DNA of 64,000 nt, from NCBI GenBank assembly GCA_016934745.1, contig JAFGSF010000053.1, positions 5,325 to 69,324 on the forward strand. The letters are read 5' to 3'. A program made the translations under genes and the position numbers. Of this stretch, positions 56,217 through 64,000 are shown one piece after another. The notes below the pieces were generated by a model that saw only the letters and a list, made by a program, of their open reading frames with translations, was not told the origin of the DNA and ran no database searches. This DNA is from Candidatus Aminicenantes bacterium (GTDB lineage Bacteria; Acidobacteriota; Aminicenantia; UBA2199). How positions within the stretch are numbered: position 1 is the first letter of the stretch; every line of letters begins with the position of its first letter.

Positions 56217-56252
56217 AGCGATAGGGGCGAAATAATTTTCGCCCCTATCGCT
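56217..56252 (-). terminator. Perfect 16-bp hairpin overlapping the exbD stop codon (probable terminator of tonB-exbB-exbD)
   Basis: AGCGATAGGGGCGAAA-taat-TTTCGCCCCTATCGCT spans the element. The exbD stop (56245-56247) lies inside the right arm, and the minus strand continues GCTTGCCTTTTCCC, only a modest T run. Confidence 0.5.
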
Positions 56253-56646
56253 CAGGCTTAGTTCCAATGATCAGTTTTTTAACGCCGCCGCGTTTAGCCA
56301 AGTCCATGACCTGTACGACCAGGCCGTGGGAAATTTCCTGGTCGGCCTTTAAAACCAGGGCGCCATCCTTCATTCGCGGCAGGACTTTGCGGATTTCTGA
56401 CTCGAGCTCAACCAGTGTCAATGTTTGTCGGTTCAGGGACAACCCGCCTTTTTTATCGACGGTGAGCACAAATTCTTGCGGTTCATTATGGGCGGATGTT
56501 TTGGCTGTCGGCAGCTCGAGCTTGATCCCCGGCTGCTCTAAAAAAGTGGATGTGATCATGAAAAACAAAAGAAGCATGAAAATGACGTCGATCAGCGATG
56601 TGATGTTGATGACCATTTTGCGCCGGGGTCTGGTTTGCAGTTGCAT
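56245..56646 (-). CDS. exbD: Biopolymer transport protein ExbD/TolR
   Basis: 133 aa. INITSLIDVIFMLLLFFM is the single TM with the conserved Asp, followed by a periplasmic domain. Confidence 0.88.
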   Translation of the reverse strand: MQLQTRPRRKMVINITSLIDVIFMLLLFFMITSTFLEQPGIKLELPTAKTSAHNEPQEFVLTVDKKGGLSLNRQTLTLVELESEIRKVLPRMKDGALVLKADQEISHGLVVQVMDLAKRGGVKKLIIGTKPER

Positions 56647-56649
56647 GCG

Positions 56650-57279
56650 TCACTTTCCCGGGCCGGATTGGAAAGAGCATATCTTATTCAGCAGGTGATT
56701 GGAGTATTTTTCGATCTCCAGCACCAAAGCTTCGGCCCTGCTGGTAAAGTAATTGAAGGCCACCAGGGCCGGGATACCGATAAACAAACCGACAATGGTG
56801 GTGATCAAGGCTTCGGAAATGCCTCCCGCCAGAGCGGCGGCCTGGCCGACGCCCATCACCGAGATGACCTTGAACACCTTCAAGATACCGAGAACGGTGC
56901 CCAGCAATCCCAGCAAGGGTGAAATGCCGGCGATGGTTTCCAGCATGCCCAGGCCTTTTTCGAGCTGGTGTATTTCCTGGCGCCCCTGGTCAAGCAGGGT
57001 TTCCTTGATATCTTCGCGGGGCAGCCCATGGTTTTCCAGGCTGAGACGGATGATATTAGCAAATGGACCGTGGTGCTTTTCACAAATGGAAACGGCCAGC
57101 CCCAGATCGCTCACGCCCTTGACATTTTCCAGAACGCCGACCACTTCAGGCACAATGACTTTACGGCGGCGCAGCGTGACAAACTTTTCAATGATGATGG
57201 CCAAAGCCGTGATTGAGCATAGAAAAAGGGGAATCATGATGATACCGCCCTTGGCCAGGAAATCCCATACGTTTTTCAT
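56650..57279 (-). CDS. exbB: MotA/TolQ/ExbB proton-channel protein
   Basis: 209 aa with 3 TM helices and the motifs LGLLGTVLGI and GGISEALITTIVGL. Confidence 0.88.
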   Translation of the reverse strand: MKNVWDFLAKGGIIMIPLFLCSITALAIIIEKFVTLRRRKVIVPEVVGVLENVKGVSDLGLAVSICEKHHGPFANIIRLSLENHGLPREDIKETLLDQGRQEIHQLEKGLGMLETIAGISPLLGLLGTVLGILKVFKVISVMGVGQAAALAGGISEALITTIVGLFIGIPALVAFNYFTSRAEALVLEIEKYSNHLLNKICSFQSGPGK

Positions 57280-57282
57280 TTT

Positions 57283-58203
57283 TCAGCCTCGCTTATTTTT
57301 GATAAAAAAGGAAAATTTTGCCGTGACTTCCAGGTATGGTTCGGGGAAATTGCCCGGTAATTTCCGGAAAGGGGCCGACACTTCAACCGCCAGCTTGCTG
57401 GTTTCCATCAGTGAGCGGTGCCCCTGGTAGGCAAGCAGTTCCAGGTCGCGCAGTTCGCCGTTGGGATATATCTTGAAGCGCAACAGGGTATCGCCGTCGA
57501 TCATGCCCAGTTGCGAAAAAGCCAATGGCGGAAAGATATTGCGGCTGATGCGCTCCTTCAGTTCAAGCATGTAAGGGGCGAAATCCCAGTTGTACGTGTT
57601 AAATGATAATCCGCCCGAATCGGGTACTTGGGCATGGCGCTGGTCGTGCGTCACACCCGGAATGGGCAATTGGAATGGAGTTTTGCTGACACCCGTGGTT
57701 TTCGTGTTTTGCGGAGTGGATGATTCAGTCATTTCTTCGCTTGATTTTTCTTGATTTGTTTCCAATGGATTTTCATCCGCATCCAGAGGCTTTTCACTGG
57801 ACGGCGCGGCGCTGGCTTTCTGTTCCGGACTGGCCGGTTGCGGCGGCAGGTCATGGGAGACAAAATCACCTCGTGAAAAGGGATCATCACCCAAGTGCAG
57901 CGCCGGTGCCGGTTCCTGATTGCGGGCCAGCGCATTTTTATCCGATAAAAAATCGGCTTTTTTCGGCTCCTGAGTGGTTTTTGCATCGGCCGGTGTGGCG
58001 ATCACTTCATGCGGCAGCTCGGGCTGAACCAGGTCAAAAACCAGCGGGGCGCTTGTGGCTGGAAGCGGTTGCGGTTGCAGCCGGGATAAGTCTGTCTTGA
58101 TCGTGCTATCCCAGAACAGCAGGAACAGGATATGCAGCAGGATGGACAGTACAATGATCTGCCTTTTAACCTTCGTTTCCATAATTATCGCCTGTCCCCG
58201 CAA
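57283..58203 (-). CDS. tonB: TonB-family energy transducer
   Basis: 306 aa with an N-terminal TM, a Pro/Glu/Ser-rich spacer and a C-terminal TonB_C-like domain (YPNGELRDLELL ... FRKLPGNFPEPYLEVTAKFSF). It lies upstream of exbB-exbD. Confidence 0.75.
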   Translation of the reverse strand: MRGQAIIMETKVKRQIIVLSILLHILFLLFWDSTIKTDLSRLQPQPLPATSAPLVFDLVQPELPHEVIATPADAKTTQEPKKADFLSDKNALARNQEPAPALHLGDDPFSRGDFVSHDLPPQPASPEQKASAAPSSEKPLDADENPLETNQEKSSEEMTESSTPQNTKTTGVSKTPFQLPIPGVTHDQRHAQVPDSGGLSFNTYNWDFAPYMLELKERISRNIFPPLAFSQLGMIDGDTLLRFKIYPNGELRDLELLAYQGHRSLMETSKLAVEVSAPFRKLPGNFPEPYLEVTAKFSFFIKNKRG

Positions 58204-58394
58204 GGACTTATGTTATTAAGATTTATATTATACAACACTTTTACCGAGTTTTCCTTGTAAAGCCATCTGTTTTTAGACGCCATTCTCATGGTCAGAGTTC
58301 CTTCGGGGTCAAAAAAAAGAAAATTCGCCGTAAAACTTTGCGTCCGCTCCATTTTATAATATAATGGGATATATGATTTAAACAAAGAGGTATC

Positions 58395-58982
58395 ATGCGC
58401 ATGAAAATGAAAAAAAATTCCATGGTAGCGCTTATCCAGGCCGGATTTGCCTGCATGCTGATTATGCCGCTGCTGAGCTGCGGTTTCTTCGGGGTCCCCA
58501 ACTATGATTTAACGGTAACCATCGATGACGGCATCCAGGGCACTCCTGCAGATGGGCAGTATACATATAAAGATCTGACCCTGATCGAGTACCAATACAT
58601 TCCCGACAACACCCTGAATACGGTCGAAGTCATTTATGAGGGTTCGCGCTTGGAGGCCACAGGCAGCATTAGAATGTACACCCATGCGGCCATGGCTGTA
58701 CACCTGGTCGATATCCGCGATACCTGGACCATTAGCATGTACAGCTCGGTGGGTGCATTTCTCATTTCCTTCGATGTCACATTTTCCGGGACCGACCTCA
58801 TTGGTGGCACCTTCAGCGACAGCCGCGACCTTTCCGGAACCTGGGATGGCGCCACCAACAGCCTCACCATCACCTATGATAACTGGGAAAATTTCATATT
58901 GACCGGGACGTTGTTCGGCATGAGCGGGACCTGGTCCAATGGCAGCGACGTAAGCGGAACCTGGAGTGCCAGCCGTACCTGA
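58395..58982 (+). CDS. Hypothetical lipoprotein
   Basis: 195 aa with the lipobox LLSCG after a signal peptide. The mature part is T/G/S-rich with repeated GTW/SGTW motifs. No family was recognised. Confidence 0.6.
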   Translation: MRMKMKKNSMVALIQAGFACMLIMPLLSCGFFGVPNYDLTVTIDDGIQGTPADGQYTYKDLTLIEYQYIPDNTLNTVEVIYEGSRLEATGSIRMYTHAAMAVHLVDIRDTWTISMYSSVGAFLISFDVTFSGTDLIGGTFSDSRDLSGTWDGATNSLTITYDNWENFILTGTLFGMSGTWSNGSDVSGTWSASRT

Positions 58983-59020
58983 AACGGGTTTTACGCACAA
59001 TTATATCCTCCCGTTTATTT

Positions 59021-60079
59021 TCAGCCCGCCATTTTTTTGTCTATTTCATCCCAATTGATGTCATCTTTTTTAAAAGACATTTTCCAAGCCGGGACTGCCG
59101 CAGCCAATTCGTAGGTTAAGGCAAAAGCTTTTTTTTTCAGCCTTCTCGGCATGATGGCCGTGTGACATTCGGCTTCAGTCCATAAAAGCGGCAGAAGCTC
59201 GCGAGTCCTGAGCGGAGTCAGGCTGAAGTCGCTGGCTTTTTCCAGCAGAAAAAAGCCTGACAGCGGCGCTTTGAGCTTACTGTCCACGTGAAGCCCCCAG
59301 GGCGTTCCGGAAATCTCAAAGCCATCCGCGCTGAGACGTGCCAGCACCTGGTCATCACCTAGGATCGTGCCGCTTGGCGCCAGGCGGGCCGCGGTAGTTT
59401 TGCCCCCCTCGTCGGGGGCCAAAAAAACCGCTGCCCGGCCGTTGCGCACCACGGCGGCGGCATGCAGCAAACAAGCTTCAAAATTAGGCAGAAAAGGGGC
59501 CAGCATGGCCGAGCCGATGCCAATAGCACAAAGTTCATTTGCGAACTTTGGGCCGAAAAAAATATCGGCACGATTTTTTTTGAAGTCCAGGACCGTCACG
59601 GCTCCAGCGTTCACTTCAATCGCAGTCCATTCATTGTTCTCTCTTGCATGCTGCAGGCAGGCATCTACTGGTGAAGAGCATCTTTGATGGCTGGCTGAAA
59701 GCGCATGGCGGGTCCGGTTGCCCGGACTTGTTGCCGGGTTGTTTTTTTTCTGATCCTCAAGAGCTGGCTTGACGAGGTGATATTCCCAAGTGATTTGAGA
59801 ATGCCCTGTATGAGCCTGAAAGGGCAAAAAACGTTTGTTTGGCAGGAAAGGCAAGTTTTTGGTTGAGCGGATTTCAATGACCAGGCCACCGATGGCGATT
59901 GTCATTGCCGATATTTCAATCCCTTCGGTAAAAATATGAGATTCATTGTGCGGTGTTAGTTTGGAACCGATCCGACCAGACAAATGGAAATTGGCGTACC
60001 CCCGGTTGAGCACCTGCCAGTATTTGGAGCGAAACCTAACCGGCAGTCTCCTGCCGATGGAGCTGAGCCGATGATGCAA
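59021..60079 (-). CDS. HprK-related kinase-like P-loop protein (orphan)
   Basis: LLHAAAVVRNGRAAVFLAPDEGGKTTAARL resembles the LHAxxV...G..GxGKST core of HPr-kinase-related kinases, and the Walker A AxxxxGKT is intact. The ORF-track start at 60079 is a TTG, and the ATG at 59905 (MTIAIGGLVIEIRS...) is an equally plausible start. Confidence 0.55.
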   Translation of the reverse strand: MHHRLSSIGRRLPVRFRSKYWQVLNRGYANFHLSGRIGSKLTPHNESHIFTEGIEISAMTIAIGGLVIEIRSTKNLPFLPNKRFLPFQAHTGHSQITWEYHLVKPALEDQKKNNPATSPGNRTRHALSASHQRCSSPVDACLQHARENNEWTAIEVNAGAVTVLDFKKNRADIFFGPKFANELCAIGIGSAMLAPFLPNFEACLLHAAAVVRNGRAAVFLAPDEGGKTTAARLAPSGTILGDDQVLARLSADGFEISGTPWGLHVDSKLKAPLSGFFLLEKASDFSLTPLRTRELLPLLWTEAECHTAIMPRRLKKKAFALTYELAAAVPAWKMSFKKDDINWDEIDKKMAG

Positions 60080-60298
60080 AAACCTTCTGGTTGATCCGGG
60101 GGTTTTGATTGTTGGCCGGAAATGATGGGCGCAGACAAGTCACGGCAGACAGGAGGCTGATACCGCTTCTTTTTTATCAAAATATCCGGCCCCACTGCGT
60201 TTTCATCCTACTAATTTTAGCACGGAATTTTTCCTTTTGCAATATTTTATTCCGCAGGAGGTGATTTGCCGTTCTGAATTCAGCCGCTGCGGTTGCCT

Positions 60299-60973
60299 TC
60301 AGGACATCCGCCGGCGCTGGAATTTTTTGTGTTCCAACAGGTGCAGGGCCAGGTCGATGGCAGTTTTCAGCATCACGAGCACCAGCAGGGCAAAGATCGG
60401 GGAGCCTTTGGCCTGGGCCCAGCTGCCGCCCAGCACGATGGTCAGGTGCATCACGATGACGCGGCTGTAGGGCTGCCAGAACAGACCGGTAAAAGCGACC
60501 CGCTGGTACTCGCCGTGACCGATGAAATTGCGTCGGTAGGAGATGCCGTGGCTGACCGTCAGCAACAGCAGGGCCAGTCCTAGTTCCGACGAAACACCGC
60601 CGAATCCGCCGCGGAATAGGACTAAAACGAAAACGCCGTGGCACAGGGTGAACAAACCGTAGTGAAGGATGAAAAAAACGATCATGGCCCGCCGGTCCGA
60701 TTGCTGCACCGGGCGGCCGTTCAGGGTGGTATGTGATCCGGCGACCGAGCCCTGGGCCCGCCGCATTTTTAATACGTTATAAAAACCGATCACCAGGTTT
60801 TCGGTCCAGTAGAAAACCATGATCGGCATGACATTCCAGTTGAAAGCCAACACCCCCAGGAGCGGCATTAGGTTGGCCGTGAGCAAGGCCAGGCTCGAGG
60901 TGCGCAAACGCTGCAATAAAGATCTTTTCGGGCCTTTTTGATTTACCGTGGGGAACGGTGTTTCATTGTCCAT
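60299..60973 (-). CDS. Hypothetical integral membrane protein (about 6 TM)
   Basis: 224 aa with hydrophobic helices throughout (LALLTANLMPLLGVLAFNW, MIVFFILHYGLFTLCHGVFVLVLF, and others). No family is confidently recalled. Confidence 0.6.
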   Translation of the reverse strand: MDNETPFPTVNQKGPKRSLLQRLRTSSLALLTANLMPLLGVLAFNWNVMPIMVFYWTENLVIGFYNVLKMRRAQGSVAGSHTTLNGRPVQQSDRRAMIVFFILHYGLFTLCHGVFVLVLFRGGFGGVSSELGLALLLLTVSHGISYRRNFIGHGEYQRVAFTGLFWQPYSRVIVMHLTIVLGGSWAQAKGSPIFALLVLVMLKTAIDLALHLLEHKKFQRRRMS

Positions 60974-61089
60974 GGGCCGATTTTAGCGGAGCGACGGCCG
61001 ATATGCAAGCCCGGATGAGTCGGCAGACACGAAAGTATTAAAAGAAAAGCGGATTTATATTATAATAGAAATCATCCAGGGAGTGACAA

Positions 61090-62463
61090 ATGTCAAAAAA
61101 GTGCCTTTGGCTGTTGGTGGCTTTTTTTGCGGTTTTTTCCTGCAATCACGATTCCAGCGTGGCAGAAGAAACATGGCTGCAAAAACTCCAGAAGCTTCCC
61201 GATGTGCTCGTGACCGAAATAGCCCCGCCCCAGGGGTATGCGCAAGCATTCCAAATCGATGTCGGCCAACCCGTGGATCACAACAATCCTTCCGGTAGAA
61301 AATTTTACCAGCGCATCTATCTTTCCCACTTGACTGCTGACCGGCCGGTGGTACTGAGTACGCGGGGCTACGGCATTTCCAGGAATTCGCTGGATGAATT
61401 GGCCATCCTCCTGGACGCCAACCAGATTGTGGTGACCCACCGCTTTTTCCCCAATGCCAGGCCCGATCCGCTTGACTGGCAGTATTTAACCATTTGGCAG
61501 GCGGCCAATGACCACCATCGCCTGGTACAGATGTTCAAGCCTTTGTATGCCGGGAACTGGCTCAATGAGGGTGTTTCCAAGGGAGGAATGACGGCCCTTT
61601 ATCACCGGCGTTTTTTTCCCGCCGACGTGGCTGCCACCGTAGCTTATGTGGCGCCGGTCATGTTCGGCGTTGAAGATCCGCGTTTCCGCCCATTCCTTCT
61701 GGAACAGGTGGGCAGCAGGGAAGCCAGAGAGAAAATTATGGAATTTCAACGCCAGCTGCTTGCCAGCCGCCAGTTGCTGCTGCCCTTGCTGGAAAATTAT
61801 GCTTTGAACCATAACTTCTTCTTTCCCTTCGGGGCAGAGGCCACGCTGGAGTATGCCGTGATCGAATATATTTTCGCTTTCTGGCAGTATGGCGATGGCG
61901 ATGTATCCAAGATACCGGCTGCCGATGCCACCGCTGAAGTCCTGTTTGACCATCTTGATGCCATATCCGGATTCAGTTACTACGCACAAACGAATATCTC
62001 ATACTTCGAACCTTTTTTTTACCAGGCATTCACCGAATTGGGCTATTGCCCGTATGTCTATGACCATCTGCGGGATCTGCTCTTTGCGGTGCCCCGGCCG
62101 ACTTACCGCGTTTTTGCACCGGCGGGCGTTGCCTTGGATTTCGACGCAGCGGTCATGATCGACGTGAATTCCTGGCTGCAGGACTTCGGCAACAATATCA
62201 TTTACATCTATGGCGGCAATGATCCCTATACCGCTGCCGCCTGCGCATTGAGCGGCAAAACCAATGCCCTGCGCATGATCCAGCCCGGAGCCAACCACAG
62301 GGTTAAAATTGCCGATCTGAGCGAAAGAAGCATGGTTTTGCAAAGACTGGGTGAATGGATGGAAATCAACCTGGCGACTTCAGAAAAGGTTTGGCAAAAG
62401 GCCGCCGCGGCGAATAGTGAACAGGCGGAAATCAGCAGGCGGGAAGCCCGCCTAGGTTTCTAG
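61090..62463 (+). CDS. Lipoprotein, alpha/beta-hydrolase-fold serine peptidase (S28/S37-like)
   Basis: 457 aa with the lipobox AVFSC and RBS gggag. It has a DHNNP ... FYQR pattern near the N-terminus and a GVSKGGM nucleophile-elbow-like motif. The family assignment is from memory only. Confidence 0.5.
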   Translation: MSKKCLWLLVAFFAVFSCNHDSSVAEETWLQKLQKLPDVLVTEIAPPQGYAQAFQIDVGQPVDHNNPSGRKFYQRIYLSHLTADRPVVLSTRGYGISRNSLDELAILLDANQIVVTHRFFPNARPDPLDWQYLTIWQAANDHHRLVQMFKPLYAGNWLNEGVSKGGMTALYHRRFFPADVAATVAYVAPVMFGVEDPRFRPFLLEQVGSREAREKIMEFQRQLLASRQLLLPLLENYALNHNFFFPFGAEATLEYAVIEYIFAFWQYGDGDVSKIPAADATAEVLFDHLDAISGFSYYAQTNISYFEPFFYQAFTELGYCPYVYDHLRDLLFAVPRPTYRVFAPAGVALDFDAAVMIDVNSWLQDFGNNIIYIYGGNDPYTAAACALSGKTNALRMIQPGANHRVKIADLSERSMVLQRLGEWMEINLATSEKVWQKAAAANSEQAEISRREARLGF

Positions 62464-62479
62464 CGCTGAGAGAAGTTCT

Positions 62480-63550
62480 TCAAACGGGATCGCAGGGCGT
62501 AAAGGGAAAACGCAGGGTGTCCAATTCCGGACCGCTGTAGATGATGTCGCCCAGACGGCTTTGGCCCAAACCGTGGCTTCCGGCCAGGCGAATATGGTTG
62601 CAGCTGTTGTCAAAGGGTGTCGTGAAGTCGGCTGCCTGGGGATCAAAGCCCATGAGGCTGCAGGCCACGGCATCGGTTGCCACGGGGTCGGTGCCGGCTA
62701 CGAGCAATCCGGGCTGCACGGCCTTGAACGTATTGATCCAGGGACCTTCACCACCCTCGGCGGTCAGGATGCCGTCGATCAGCGAGAAATCGATCGGACG
62801 AGCCTGGTTGAGGTCAACGATTCCCTGCGGCAGTATCTGGCCGGACTCGGTAGGCGAACCGTGCAGAAGGGTTCGGCTGGCGTCTTCGGGATGCGATCGG
62901 TAATGGCTGAGCGGCACCAAACCGATATGACCTTTTAAACCCAGGGTGATGCCGCAATTCTGATGGCATTTCATTTTGACGATGGCGGCCAGGTGATCGC
63001 ATTCGACCACTTCTTCCCGCAGCCAAAAAGAAGGATAGCGCAGCGAATTCGCTACGGGCAGGGAGACAAAACCGGCTGACGGTCCTGGCTGGTCGAGGTC
63101 GATCAATTCGGCCAGGGGCGCCAATTTTTCTCGGTAACCGCCCAAGGCGTAGCTGTCGGAGCCGAACAGGGCGTCGGCCACCCAGATATGGCCGGCGCCG
63201 GCGTCACGATAGAGTTCGGCCATGATGCGGATCACTTCACTATGGGTCCAGTAGGTCTCCCAGGGGAAAATGTCCCGCAGATTCATATAATGGATGGCTG
63301 CGGCGGCACCACCGGTGAGGTTCACTTTCAGCAGTACACGGTCCCCCGAACGCAAGCCTTTCAACGCCCCGAGCCGGTCGACCATGCCGGTCATAGCCTG
63401 GCGCAATGACTGCGGCTCATAGGTTGTACAACGTCCGGCGGTGACGACGCAGGATTTTTCTGGTTCTTCCTCATCATGATTGCGGCTGCAGGATACAGCA
63501 AATGCCAGACCGGCTATTCCGGTGTGCAAAATAAATTCACGTCGTTTCAT
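62480..63550 (-). CDS. Tat-exported DUF362-family protein
   Basis: The ATG at 63550 has the RBS aggaga upstream and gives MKRREFILHTGIAGLAFAVSCS, a twin-arginine motif RREFIL. The body resembles DUF362. The ORF track starts 7 codons earlier. Confidence 0.6.
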   Translation of the reverse strand: MKRREFILHTGIAGLAFAVSCSRNHDEEEPEKSCVVTAGRCTTYEPQSLRQAMTGMVDRLGALKGLRSGDRVLLKVNLTGGAAAAIHYMNLRDIFPWETYWTHSEVIRIMAELYRDAGAGHIWVADALFGSDSYALGGYREKLAPLAELIDLDQPGPSAGFVSLPVANSLRYPSFWLREEVVECDHLAAIVKMKCHQNCGITLGLKGHIGLVPLSHYRSHPEDASRTLLHGSPTESGQILPQGIVDLNQARPIDFSLIDGILTAEGGEGPWINTFKAVQPGLLVAGTDPVATDAVACSLMGFDPQAADFTTPFDNSCNHIRLAGSHGLGQSRLGDIIYSGPELDTLRFPFTPCDPV

Positions 63551-63642
63551 TGGATCTCCTGGCAAGGGCATCCTGGCATTGAGTCCCCGGCATTGAGATT
63601 ATAACGCGATGATGCTGGACAAGCAATCCGGTCTGTGAAAAA

Positions 63643-64000
63643 TCAGGGATTGGAATTCAACGATGATTTTTTATGGTGGCCGGAAAATATTTTACGGATC
63701 CTGGCCAGCATCAGGTTGAATGTATAACGCAATCCACGCCAGATATGCTTGCCCGACCAGAGCATGAGCAGACCCAGGGCGGCCAGCATCATGGCGATGA
63801 TCAATGTGATCACGCCGGCTATCTGCGGGTGGTTCTGGAAAGGACCGAATTGGAATATGGTTTCTCCGGCCCAATGGTTTATCTCCATGAGTACGTCGGG
63901 AGAGATGATGGTAATCAGGCCGAAAATAGCCGCCATGAAGCCGCTGATCACCAATATGACGGCGGTGGCGAAATAGCCGATCAGCAATGCCAGCAATGCG
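63643..64000 (-). CDS. Hypothetical membrane protein, 5' end probably outside window
   Basis: About 118 codons of hydrophobic sequence (3 TM helices). The start given in the ORF track at 63996 is a TTG, and the frame stays open to the window edge. Confidence 0.5.
   Translation of the reverse strand, partial: ALLALLIGYFATAVILVISGFMAAIFGLITIISPDVLMEINHWAGETIFQFGPFQNHPQIAGVITLIIAMMLAALGLLMLWSGKHIWRGLRYTFNLMLARIRKIFSGHHKKSSLNSNP

Noticed and set aside
60210-60240. Possible sigma-54 promoter (AGCACG ... TTTTGCA) upstream of the HprK-like gene region
   Set aside because: The GG of the -24 box is missing and the spacing between the two boxes is about 11 nt instead of 4-5. The element is also on the wrong strand for the neighbouring genes.
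1-64000. Search for CRISPR arrays, tRNA/rRNA/tmRNA/RNase P/SRP RNA genes, transposases, integrases, phage genes and toxin-antitoxin pairs
   Set aside because: No regularly spaced direct repeats were found, and no cloverleaf-sized conserved RNA signatures (for example the RNase P GAGGAAAGTCC motif or the tmRNA ends) in the few intergenic gaps over 150 bp. No ORF has recombinase or transposase motifs. This was checked by eye only, so short or degenerate elements could have been missed.

Overview
The window is a gene-dense (~95% coding) chromosomal segment from a diderm bacterium that I cannot place taxonomically. All family calls come from reading the translations and recalling motifs; no search was run. 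It opens inside rpoB, followed by rpoC, and then runs through mostly housekeeping operons. These include a two-component/sigma-54 module, ackA, a partial Bat (aerotolerance-type) operon, hom, dTDP-rhamnose genes and an ABC-2 exporter. They continue with galE, a carbamate-kinase operon ending in nnr-tsaE, a POT transporter and lipid genes. The last large block is tonB-exbB-exbD followed by lptB-rpoN-hpf-hprK-EIIA-ptsH-ptsI. I found no rRNA, tRNA, CRISPR array, transposase, integrase or phage gene, and no clear-cut novel multi-gene system. The best candidates for a second look are as follows. (1) A translationally coupled operon encodes a secreted mini-protein whose C-terminus fits a PDZ-ligand pattern, followed by a PDZ-like multi-TM sensor kinase and a sigma-54 activator. 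(2) A 934-aa protein appears to fuse an HExxH domain, a beta-propeller and an outer-membrane barrel. (3) A 751-aa unassignable protein with a K/E-rich tail sits inside the arcC-nnr-tsaE operon. (4) An orphan HprK-related P-loop protein has an unusually long upstream region. (5) Several intergenic elements are built from short motifs repeated in direct and inverted orientation, and a 17-mer recurs in two intergenic regions. (6) GC content differs strongly between neighbouring gene blocks. Start codons are best guesses; stops are taken from the ORF track.
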